DNA of 64,000 nt from Kudoa neothunni (Eukaryota; Animalia; Cnidaria): the NCBI GenBank assembly GCA_964304625.1, contig OZ199838.1:11053607-11117606 (forward strand). The letters are read 5' to 3'. The notes under the pieces are model-generated. The model saw only the letters and a program-made list of their open reading frames with translations. It was not told the origin of the DNA and searched no databases. Positions 27,923 through 40,131 of this stretch are shown here, in pieces (the first letter of the stretch is position 1; every line of letters starts with the position of its first letter). The position numbers were made by a program, and so were the translations under genes.

Positions 27923-30559
27923 TAATTTTTTTTCAAAATGTTAATTAAATCATTGATAAAATGACTTTCCAAAGTTGTCTGTCTCGAATTGAAGTACAAA
28001 CATTCTCTTTAAACCTCATAAGATGCAATCGTTAATAATTTAATAAAAAATTGTTGACACTGTTTTTGTGAACATTTAAAAAGAAAAAACGTTTTTTCAA
28101 GTGATTGGGAGCAATCATAAATATTCAGATTTACGTTTATAATTATTGTAAAGGAGTTTTTAATTGATAAAGTTAAACAGCTCTTAATATCTATTTTATT
28201 GGAAGAAAGTGGCTATTTGCATGATATATAATAATCAATTGCCATTAGTTTCGACTATATTTAATCATTTTTATCCCCTAAAAGTGAAGCAGCGAGTCGT
28301 ATATAGTTATATATGGCAGGTTAGAAAAAAAATAGATCTTAATATAAGTTGTGAGAAGGAATTATTAGGATTACGAATGTCATGCAAGTAGTCCTGTCTT
28401 ATTAAATACTGTTTATTTTAAGCGCAAAATTTTTTGATTTTAAATATTAATAATAGTAATTAACTATTCGTACACAATCTCTTTCGAACTGAGGGAGAAA
28501 TATGTATGACGGCGCCTCGAACTTATAGCGCGTACGATGATTTAAGTACGTATGGGGTCTTATTATTATAATAATTAGCTATCAACGCAATGTTCTACAC
28601 ACTATTAAAATCGGATTGGAAATTATAAGTGATTTCATTGAACTATAACACTCAAGAAAAATTCCAAGCTCCTCAAAAAAAATTAAGTCATCTTAGGATA
28701 AATCAATTATTTCTAAACACAGAAATAGTTCCATGTTGCTTTTGGAAGCGAAACTGTGTTTTCATATAGTTATGCTGTGACTGGTCGTTTATAACAGTAC
28801 AAACTTTGTATTACAAAATAAATTGGCATTCACCTACTCTGTCAAATGTTTATCTCGACGTGTATTTCAGTATTTTGTTCGTTTTTTGTCTTCGAATTCT
28901 CGATATTTATCCCTGACTTAGTTGCTTTGAATTAGTCATGATAAGAAGGTTATTTCCGCCAAATAAAATGATGATTAATCTTTTCTGATGGTATAGTCAT
29001 GGGTTTTTAGGAGTAGTAATGTTTTAAAAGTATCACTAGAAATCATACATGATTATTATTCTAGTTTATAATAAATTTTTTATTATATTTTCAGGAGAAA
29101 GAATGTATAATAACTTGATATAATTGTTGCAAAACAATTAAAGAATTGCATCTCAAAATATCTAATTTGACTTAAAATAATTTATTTTTATAATTCGCTT
29201 TTTAAATTTTATATCTATCATCAAGACTCGCTCAGAATAGATCCTGATCCCTGCTAAGGTTTAACTTGGCATAATTTTAAGTAAAATCTTATTTTTATTT
29301 TTAAGTTATCAACATTTTTAAAGATTAGTTTCTACATGCGAATTCATGCAACGTGATGTATCTTCCAAATAATAAATATTATAATGTAAAATATATCTAA
29401 ATCTCTCTTTTTATGCCAGAATAATTCAAATTTATCAATTTAACATATTCGTCATATTTTTAAGTATGTGTTCAAACGCTGGAATCCATTCTTCAACGTC
29501 AAAAGATTTGATTTTATCAGTTAAATTGTGAAAATTAATCGTATGTAATCAGAAAAGCACGGATCACCTCCCCACTGATATTCGCTATTTTGTCATAATC
29601 TGACTTTGCTATTTCATTTCAAAAAATATTATCGTAACCAGAGAGTAATACAGTTACGTATACCATGTTGAAACCAATCATAAATATTGTTCCTCAGTTC
29701 TTTTTGGTAACCACTTTCCATACTTTATTACTAGCCGTCGTATTATCAATTCGGGGTTACGTTAGTTCCCTTCTCGCAAATCCCGAAAAATCCGCGAATT
29801 ATTTATGCAATTTTAAAAACTTCAACGTGATATTAAGTAGGCTGAAATATTCTGTCCACACACATTATAAAGACATTCTACCCATTAATACAGTAGTAAC
29901 GTATTAATAATAAATTAAAAATATTTTATTTTTATTTTACTCACGAGTAATGAATGATGATGACATTTGTTGTGACATGCACTGAGGATTATTATGGTGA
30001 CAATAATGTATGGCAAAACTTAATTGCTGCTTTACAGCAACAAGGGAAAACAAGAGCTTGGAAATGACATAATTATATTTAAATTATTTAAATGTTATGT
30101 ATACGCACTGTATCATCTCCCTTTCATAATTTTTTCATTTTATATTTAATGACGCTGGTATTTCAAAATTATTTACTAATTAAAATGGATAAGAGCGTTT
30201 TCTTGCAAAAAAATAATTCGAATAATTCACGGAATTGCCGATGTTAGGAGAAAAACTTTAGAATCTAATCTGTGTGAATTGGGGGCCGCAAAGGGCAAAA
30301 TGCGAACAGATGAGAGTAAACTGTATTTACTTCTAATTTAGACATTGTTAGTTTGCATACAGAACTTTTCAAGATTAAATTAGGATCCAATCCATCTATT
30401 TTAATTATTTCTTTATGCGCAAAATGTATAGATGCGTTAAATTCAAAGCAGTCCGATTAAATATTCATGGATTATATTATATACTCATAAATATTATAAT
30501 AAATCGTTGATTCAAACAAAGATTGATAAAATATATGCAAACAGGATTACGGTGAAACA

Positions 30560-33500
30560 TTACAATCGGTTTGAATTCAAATAAGGGTTGAATAGATTAG
30601 TCGTGCTTCCAACATTGTAAGGGTTATTAGGGTCCAGTGAAGCCTTTGATATATCTCTCTGAAGGCTCGGTTTATTTTCATTGTGATTGCTATCCAAGTA
30701 AGTCAGGTTAAGATTATTTTCGGATGAAAAACTCATCATATGAGCTTGGACCATGTTCAGAAAGTTATCCACAGAAGGAGACGAAAGAAGATAATTGTTG
30801 TCACCGGAGAATAGATTCAAATTAGGCACGAAATTTGGATCATTGAATTCCGAAAGTAAGGCTTGTTGGTTTTGATTATATTTCGCCATCTTATAATTCA
30901 TGTTTGATGAAGTAGAATTTGTGTTGTTCATTTGAAGGGGTTGGTTGGTGATGACGGAGTTGGATTGAAGAGGGCAGTAGGTTCTTTTACGGATTTCATA
31001 TGGATTAAATTGGTTATCTTCTGCGTAAAAGTTGAATTTGGTTGGCTGGGAAAAGGTTGATGATTTGTTTGAGAGTAATTCGAAAAACTGGGGTCAAAAT
31101 GATGGGAATATGGAGTATTTATCATCACAGGTTCGACAGGTAGGAAAGAGGGCATTGGCTGGCCTGCATTTGATTGGGATAAATCATATTGATGTATAAG
31201 TGGTTGGTTGGAATGGGCACTGTAACCCTTGTATGTAAGGTTTTCCACATTTTGTTGTGGTAACGTCGTAGCTGGTTGGTTGTAATGTATTCCAATTTTT
31301 CCCGCAATTCTACTCAAGTATTGAGGATTTTTTGATAGATGATTGTCGATTTTTTGTTTCAATTTTAAAATGCTTTCAGATTCTTTAACATTTTTGTAAT
31401 TTTTAATGTGATGATATATCACACTGAGCACAGCTAAACGGTTATTTTCAATGGCTATATCAATGCAATCCATATTCGAATGACTGGATTTGACTAGACT
31501 GACTTTGGCAGAAAGTAACATCGTAATTGCCTAGAAAAACAAATTATAAAATGTTTAAGTTGTCGATGTGATTTGACCCTTGATACTTGTTATTTTCATT
31601 CTCGACTTTAAAAAAGTATGCAAATACGTTTGAATGGCTTTCAAAGAAGTTTTTAACAACATAAATTTTAATTATGTAAAATTTGATTGAATATATTTGT
31701 CGAATTTTTTGTGTTTTTCTGATTCGTATACATCTTAATACATACATAGGTTTTTTTAACTTAACTAGGCTCTAATTTGTATAAATATTTCTCTCTTACA
31801 AAACATGCGTTTACCTTTTCAAAGTTTGGCTATAGAAAGGAAATGTTTAACTTGTATCATCATTACATTAATTTTAAAAAATTAATTTTTTCGTTATCGT
31901 AAATAAAACTAAATTTTAATGTTGAATTTTCTTTAAAATACTATATTTTAAAAATAATTCTTAATCTATTATAAACGATTAAAAACTACTTTATTTCGGT
32001 TATATTTGAAATTTCTTTAACAACTTTGATTAATTATATTTAATCTATTATCGGACAACTTTTTCAGAATCTAACTAAATTAACTGCAGTGATTTTGTTA
32101 TTTATATTTGATTTTCCTTTAAAATCAATAATATTGTAGCATTCAAAAGTAATCTCTGATCAATCAAATATGCGGGCCAATGATAACAAGGAGGTTAAAT
32201 CTGTGACAATTAATCATAAAAATCACCTCCAACGATGACTCTCTACATGCGATCATCAAGGGGGTCTCTCCTATGTTTGTGGTCACTTCAAAACTTGCTC
32301 TGTATTGATGAAGTATCTTCATCACTTTTGTATCATTTGTAGCAGCTGCCCAATGCATTGATCTCCAGCCCTAATTGTGAATAAATCATGGTTGGTGTGT
32401 GAATCATTTTAAAGTTACATTTCATCGTGGCTATCCAAAGACACTCCGTTATTACAAAAATAATCTAACCAGTCTGTTCTCGAATACATTACACTCAACA
32501 GAATAGGATGGAAAGACTGTTCATTTTTAATATCCATAAAAGGAATATCAGCATTCAAAAGATCTTCACATTTTATAAATATTCCGTTTTTAATGCAATC
32601 GTGTATGATGGTGTTGGCACGATGGTTCATACCAGCGTATTGTGAAAAATCAATCTTGTTTGCGGAACTGCGAGAAGCAGATCTAAATCCATACAAGTCA
32701 CATACGTGGAAAGAAAATTTTATGAAATCATCTACCTCTCGTTGAGTGCATATTTATCGGAACCTAGACTAAACAACGATGGCGGCATATTCGATAAAAG
32801 CAATCTGTCCATAGTGGTCACCACATTTTTCAACGTTCCATCAGTTTTTGGAACAATAACATTGTATGGTAGAACAAAACTGAATTGGCAATTGGGATAG
32901 CATACAAGCGAACTCCAATTTCCAAAGCAATTATTCGCCAAAGGTAGCGGAGAACTAGTAGCCATTGGTTGTGTGAAATTATTCCGAGACGGCACATAAC
33001 TAGATGTGGATAATGGATTGTTTTCTCCATCATAATTAGTGGGAGTCATTGTTAGATATAAATTGGGAGGAAGCGCAAAACTTTCTTTAATATCTTCAGG
33101 AGTGGTAGTGAGCAAGTAATTTTCAGGTTTCCAACCGGAAAAAGTGGGTTTAGTTGGAAGAATACATTGATTTCTGTCTTGGAATATAGTCTCATTTTCT
33201 ATATGATTCGGGATACTCGACTGAGATGAAATATTGGAGGTTGAGGATGAAGTCACAGCGTTGGGCCAATAATTGCTTCGATGAGCGTAATACATCGACC
33301 CCACAAAAATGGACGCTACCAATACAGTGCCAACAACAAAAATGAGCAAAAAGTAACCATTCTCAAAGCTGAAATATCCAGAGTGATCCACTAATGCCGA
33401 CCCCCTTGCATTTACCACTCTGAATATTAATGTATCCTTTTTTAGATAACTTGAGGCAACCAAATTATTGGCTATTTGATGGGGATTCACGACACATGAA

Positions 33501-34592
33501 TTGTCTATACACCTGTTGGGGTCTAGTGTAAACAGTATTGTTGTTGTGATTCGACTAAAGTCTATAAAAATTATCAATTAGACTCACTTCTAATATCGAT
33601 CGTCAATCAATACTTTTCGAATATTTTGAATACATCACAGGCTTCATATCAACTCCAATAGCCACATTGAACATCACCGAAAATTTTAGTGAGAGCTGTT
33701 CTAATATTGACACGAGATTGATGTATGCGAGCCCATAGCTTGATTGGAACTCTACTTCCAGATAGATATTGGACTAAAATATACATGATATAAAATTCTC
33801 AATTAAAAACAATTACTTTGAATTTTTTATTAATAGTTTGGTTTAGATGGCGTTTGATGGTTTTACAAAAATCAATACAAAGCGGTTGTTTTTGTTTGTT
33901 CATTGCGAAATCACAAGAAGTACAGGGTTGTGTTGGTCGACAGTCATCTCCATCAAACAAGCATTCTTTGTTATTACATTCTGGATCACATATTCCGTCG
34001 TTATAACTTTGAATACATTTTTCAGATTTTTCGCAAGAATCCCACGGATCCTGTTTCATATTGCTGCACAAAAGTTGTTCCGCGTGCGATTTGGTACATT
34101 GAGGCTATATTTTTTTAATCATTGAAGGTGCACTGAAGCAAGGAAGTATTTACTTCGCAGTAATTTGACCAATCTAGGCGATTACATTGGGATTGCTCTG
34201 TAGAAATCTCACTACATACGTCACCGTAAATATTTTCTAAGACAACTCAGCGTTTTTAACATATATCAATATTACTATCACAATAGCATTGGGTAGAGGA
34301 AACAGTTTTTGGGTCACAAGCTTCACTGTTGGAACAAACGCAGCTACATTTCTCTTCATAAATAGGAATTTTTCTATTTTTGATTCCAATTTTACAGGTG
34401 TGACGATTTGGACATGTGAAATTTTGACAAAATTTCGTAAATGGATGTTCAGATAATTTAACTCCTTCGTTGCTATCTACATTGAGGTTAGCGGATGGGG
34501 AATGAAAATAGCAATGACGTACATGTGGATAAACAGCACCCATAAAGAATATTAAGCAATAACAACAGAAAAAACTTTGGTATTGAAATCAT
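30560..34592 (-). CDS. NOTCH: Notch-family receptor, extremely reduced
   Basis: Domains in Notch order: signal peptide MISIPKFFLLLLLNILYGCCLS; 1-2 EGF-like modules; LNR DPWDSCEKSEKCIQSYNDGICDPECNNKECLFDGDDC; NOD-like ILEQLSLKFSVMF; NODP-like ILFTLDPNRCIDNSCVVNPHQIANNLVA; TM YFLLIFVVGTVLVASIFVGSMYY; Notch-type ankyrins GWRSMHWAAATND...GETPLMIACRESSLEAITMLL...DIAIENNRLAVLSVI; low-complexity P/S/N/Q tail. Confidence 0.9.
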
Positions 34593-35229
34593 TTGACATC
34601 AATTTTCCCAGTGAATATTTTCAATCTTATAAATGATTCTTAGTACCCTATCAGTAAGCTTATTTTCGAACAACAATGATCGTTTGTCTTGAAGACCTAA
34701 ATTATTCTTGAGTCCTTCTATAAATAACTCAATGACGCATACTCATAAAATCTTATATTCACTTTCTGTTTTTAGTTAACGTTAGTAGTTTTCTGTGAAT
34801 TTTGGTCTGTTTAGTCTCTATCACATGACAAATTTAAGCTCAAATATGTTGTTAAGTTCAAAATCAAATGGGAATGTCAAAGGATGTGTGAGAAAATTAT
34901 TTTATTCACAGGTTGATGAGAAAATAATTGTTATCGTTGGATGATGTAATTAATAAATTAATTGCAACAGCGTATTATCACCTATATCAGTATTTATTCA
35001 GGCGTTTTATCGATGCACTAATAGATAGGAATATGCAATTTTAACACGAAATAAAAGAAAAATAAGTCAAGATCAACGTTTTAAATAATTATTCCATTTT
35101 ACATAAAAAAAACTTTTGCTTATGCGCAAACATTAATAAGACAAATTAAAAATATTTGGATATCACTAGAACCAATAATCTTAATCATAATTAAAATTAT
35201 TATAAATTTTACTACTTTTTTAAGGAAAT

Positions 35230-35420
35230 ATAAACCCAGGAGTATGTATCATGTGGATAATATTAATATTATTATGGTAATTTATTGGTGATCCCATTTA
35301 TGCTTGTAGGCTTGGAAACCGCATTAAAGTTGGGGTTGTGTGTGACTTTTCAAACTCCGGATATCACCTTTCAATCCAATCAAGTTGTCATATGCGGTAA
35401 AATTAAATCCATCCCAAACA
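35230..35420 (-). repeat. Degenerate fragment of the same SINE family
   Basis: Blocks TAAACCCAGG, CCCATTTATGCTTGTAGG and TATGCGGTAA...CCAAACAT occur in the same order as in the 50077-50200 copy. Confidence 0.45.
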
Positions 35421-37132
35421 TTATTTAGCTGCCGCGCTATATAACCTTTATTTTTGTTTCTATTTATTCATTGGATTTTTTTCCTCGTCTTTTGGACAAT
35501 AATAACGTCGAAACTAGGTTACTTTTATTAGATAAATTATAGTAAATATAATTAACTAGGTAAATTTCTATCTATCTTCATAAATTCTAGTCAAATCAAA
35601 CTTACATAAGCCTACGATTTTTAATTAAATTCAAGTATTAGTAATAGAAAAACGTTCCTTGATTAATTCCGCAATTTTCATTGCCTTTTTCCAGAATTAT
35701 TATTACGACGATTAATTAACATTTCTTTAATATAAATAATTATAATTATACAGCTTAATCTCGACTTTATTTAAAAATCACCGCTCACAAATTTCTTTTT
35801 TTATAATTAAGTTTACGTTATCGAACATTTGACGAGGTGCAACAATATTTTTATATTGTGAAGTACTCTACTCAACGCTCGCTCAATACGTAAATGATAT
35901 CAGTCTTATAATTATTTCATGATTTAAAATGAAACTAGGAATCCAATTGTATGGTCTCTTAACCTTCCATGTAACGAAAAAATTTCCACCCTCCAAATAA
36001 AATTCAGCATTGACTAACAAAACATGAATAAAATTCATCGAATAAATTTTGAATAAATGACCAATTATTAAAGTTTCATTCTATGAATGTATGTGCGAAT
36101 ATTAATGTTGTTACATTCCTATGGAGTACGATTGTACTAATAGGTGTACTATCGCTAATGGCCAGCTTTGCATGGCACTATGTGATGGAAAATTTTAACT
36201 TTTAGTTTTATTTTTGAATGGAGAAATTCTACGTAAGATTTGATCTAATTAGCACATTAAACCCTGTAAATTTTATTTCCCTATTTTAATTGATGCATTT
36301 TAAAATTTCCCATTATTTTTCAATGTGATGATTTAGAAAAACAAAATCATTAAGTAACTTAAATATGACTTTTAGTTCTTTTAAAAATTTTGCGATTCAA
36401 ATTAATCCTTCTAGTTATAAAATTTATTATTAGTCTACAAACGATAAGAAAAAAAATAAAATCAACATAATATGCGTCAGAAATAAAAATATTAATTGTT
36501 CCTCCTTTTTTGCAATTATATAAAGGATGTTAATGAGGTTTTAATAAGCTGTGAGTGGTAACTTACCTATTCACTATTTTAACATAATTTCCCGATTTTT
36601 AAATAACTAAAACTTTTCTTTCTAACAAAAATACTTACTGGTTCAAAAATATATAAATTTAATTGTCAAAATACGATTAAATCTAAAATGTAAAGATGTT
36701 TTTGGTTTGAAAAATTACAGTAATGCCTAAATATCAACTGATTTTCTCGAAGGAGTGCACCCTTTAAAAGATAACGTACTGTTTGATTGCCCTAAAAAAA
36801 TTTCTGTATATTGAACTATTCTTAGATTAACGAAAACTTTGTGAAAATATCGGTTAGATCGAATAGTCCAATAATTTCTTATTAACTTACATGTCACATC
36901 ATATTGAGAAGGGATTGTATTTAATGCAAAAGTAATCGTTAACATAAATTTTTAAACTACGTATAGAATGCGGTGTCGCATATTTTTATGAAGCTTTTAT
37001 ATCATAATGAATTATTTTTAGCGAAAAGAAAATTATATATTTATTTGAATATTAACCTTAAGGTCTGGGGTAGGTAATAATTAGGTTGCTAAGAACTTAA
37101 ACATTATTGAAAAAATTATCGAATTAATTATG

Positions 37133-37862
37133 CTAGCTATTTTCCAAGAAAGTTTAGGATAACCAAAAATGAGTAAAAATTTATCAAAAAGACGAATATA
37201 GTTTAAAATTCAATCGATAATTTTGATAAAAAGAAATTTTCACGTCTCAAGAATTCCAATAGAGCATAATTTTCATTTAAGAAATTATCACAAAAATTTA
37301 TTAAATTGAAAACTCTACACACATCCTACATCGTTTTGGGAATGCTTATAGGGAACCAAACTATTCCAACATGGCAACAATTTTAATCTCGAATTGTGTG
37401 TTTTATTTAAAATGATCATAATCGTTTTCGCTTAACTATATCCACAACGCTTGAAAAGTGAAAAGATATCCAAAATAATTTGGTTATGCTTAAAATTTTA
37501 AGGGAAATGCTACATCTCTTGTAAATATGGCTCTAATGGCATAATCTGTCTTAAAATTACTCTAAACAGGCATATGTAACATTTTTGAACCATTCTATGC
37601 CAAAATTAACGGATTTACCTAATATATCGCGTGTAAAAGTTCATTCTAATTGAGTATCACCATGAAGTAAACAACCAGAAAATCCCTTACTTCTGACTGC
37701 GGTATTGATTATATTTATATTTCTAAGTAAATGAACGATTTTTATTAATGATATTATCTATTCAAATGCAAACTATAGCTATATTTAAAAAAGGTTTCTC
37801 TGTGACACATGCGTACTGCTGCAAACATACACACTGACAGACATAAGAACTTTATACATAGA
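37133..37862 (-). mobile_element. Non-autonomous Helitron-like element A
   Basis: The minus-strand 5' end TCTATGTATAAAG followed by (TG/TCTG)-type microsatellite is clear. The 3' CTAG at 37133 is tentative. Confidence 0.55.
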
Positions 37863-38998
37863 CTAGCGCGAACCGCCCAGCGTTGCTTGGAGAAGATTTC
37901 GCATAAATACGCTTATTGATAACATTCATAGAATAAATTTAAGTCGTGAATTAACCCATAGAAGGAAAATAATTAAAAAATTTTAAGCATCATACATTAA
38001 CGATTTGGATTGACAAAATTTAAATTATGATCATTTCTGTGAAGGAAAATATCAATTCCGGCGTTTATTCAAAAATTTCATGACCCGGCACCAATGCTAA
38101 ATAGTTTAAGGTCCGTGTCATTTTTTTCTACATTCCCGAATTATTTAAATTACCTTAAAGTGTTGTCTAAAATGTTGTTTTTGGCCGGATTAGAAAGTCT
38201 GTGCACCACTGTTTACGGGAGACAAATAAGTAGAAAAATATATGGAGATCGAAGAAAATAAACGAAAATTTATTTTTTTTCGCTAAAATTAATATCCCTT
38301 GGCCCAGCAAGAGCTTAACGCACGTATTCCCGTAAACAGCCACAAATCGCGTCAACTTCAACATAAACAATTCGAATAATCGGATGAAATAAAAGTACAA
38401 CCATTTGCATTGAATTTAATCACGGAAAGTTCAACTTAGTGGACGATTCCAATGAAATCTACAAACGCAGAATTTCCACTATAACGCTTCAATCAATGTG
38501 ATCTTAACGTTCTCCATAAATTTGTTATTCAAGTAACATATTTAGATTTTTTATTATATCTAAAACCATCAATAGAACCTTCAAAATGTGTTTATCATAT
38601 CAAATACGTTAAAACTCCCCACAACAGAAGTGTATATGCACAAACACCCAAATATAAACGTCAACATTATATAAAATACAGATCGCATCAGTTAATTAAC
38701 ATTTGATAGAGCATATAAAGGGGAAAATTAACTTCAACCAACCATTTAGCAGGTCATAAGTAGGTGTTAATCCTATTGTTGAACTCAAGTAATCTGAAAA
38801 ACAAACTTTGAATCGACAAAATCATCATTTTCTAAACACTTTTGGGAACATTTGATAATGTGAAAACGATTTGAAGATTTTTTTAAACATTATAATTTTT
38901 AAAAAATTTCATAAATGTCTCTCTATAACAAAAATTTTGACGCACATGCATACTTGCCGACACACACACGGACGCTTCAGCTTTATATATATAGTAGA
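37863..38998 (-). mobile_element. Non-autonomous Helitron element B
   Basis: Minus strand begins TCTACTATATATATAAAGCTGAAGCGTCCGTGTGTGTG. It ends with hairpin CCAAGCAACGCTGGG about 10 nt before the terminal CTAG. No TIRs or TSD. Confidence 0.8.
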
Positions 38999-39000
38999 TA

Positions 39001-39777
39001 CTAGTGCAAAAGCCCCCCAGCCCAAAACTTTGAGTAGGCCAAAGTCATTTTAAGTTCAAAGTCAATTATAATTATTTTATCGTTCTTTTGGCGACGACGT
39101 CATTCGATATAAACAGTAATATCCCAGTCGTCTTCACTGTCTCCTTGAGTGTACTTTATTTTCATCTAGGAATCATAAGTTCTTCCAACTCACGTGGCGT
39201 ATTGATCACTTCAACTAACCCGTCGATTAACTAAGCTAAAATTTTGTTAACAATGTTGTATTTAATTATAACGTGCTAATATCATTTATGTTTATTTAAG
39301 AATAATTAAAACTTTTTATCTCTAATTAAACGTAAAAATAAACAATTTTTGACCTGAATTAATCTCCCGTTTAAACAACAAATCTTTATTCACACCGAGT
39401 CCCCACCTACGCACGAACGAATGTTGTGGACTTTTTTAAGTATTTTCAAAGTAGAAAAGAGTAAACTTTCAAAGTTTCGGTGTTATTTACACACAGTAAA
39501 TTAGAGTTATCTACGCATATGACCTAACCCCTTAGCAAATCACGTGCAATGGTAATCTCATTATCGTCAGTTCTAATCTATTTACAAAAAGTTGACACTT
39601 CCAATTCACCACTTTATAAGCAATCAGAAGGCTCAATTTTATTTTTGTAATTAATTCTGTATTTTTTAAAGTACAAATTAATCTCAAATACTAAAGAAAG
39701 TCTCTCTATAAGAGCATGAATTTACGAACACACACTGACAGACACATGGACATTACAGCTTTATACGCTAAGATAGA
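39001..39777 (-). mobile_element. Non-autonomous Helitron-like element C
   Basis: 5' end TCTATCTTAGCGTATAAAGCTGTAATGTCCATGTGTCTGTCAGTGTGTG, similar to A and B. 3' CTAG at 39001-39004 preceded by a GC-rich tract. Confidence 0.65.
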
Positions 39778-39945
39778 CTTCTGCGGTGCTTTAGCTCTAA
39801 CGTTTAATTCAAGTTTTATAACAGCTGTCAATTAATATATCTTATTTTTAACAACGCAATGTAATACTGCGTAGAAAAACACAAAACTTTTCAAACTGTT
39901 GAACAATTACATCATATGCTTTTTAATGCTCTCTACGATACGAAA

Positions 39946-40131
39946 CTAAGAATATTGATTAACAGTTTTCACATATGTTTTTGGATGCCCTATACAATGC
40001 GGAATGAAGCAACCTGATGAAAAGTCACCATATTTTGAATAACTAGTATAAGAATAATGAGAGAGTGTGGAGCTATCGTTGTATTCAGGAGATGACATGC
40101 TTATATCGAAATTGCTCATGCGGGAGGACAT
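39946..40131 (-). CDS. Possible small Ser/Tyr-rich protein (61 aa) or isolated exon, unknown function
   Basis: ATG-initiated ORF, richer in GC than its flanks. No recognisable motif. Confidence 0.3.
   Translation of the reverse strand: MSSRMSNFDISMSSPEYNDSSTLSHYSYTSYSKYGDFSSGCFIPHCIGHPKTYVKTVNQYS

Noticed and set aside
14230-31521. ORF pairs overlapping by 4 nt (14490/14493, 22708/22711, 30928/30931), resembling bacterial translational coupling
   Set aside because: They are consecutive exons of single eukaryotic genes read through introns. There is no sign of prokaryotic DNA, operons or CRISPR arrays.
34865-34895. CSL-like sites (ATGGGAA, TGTGAGAA) upstream of Notch, suggesting autoregulation
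   Set aside because: The same words occur elsewhere in the window, including inside TEs, and they are not in head-to-head paired configuration. Consistent with chance.
35960-36240. Weak inverted similarity suggesting a MITE
   Set aside because: Too degenerate to define ends or a TSD.
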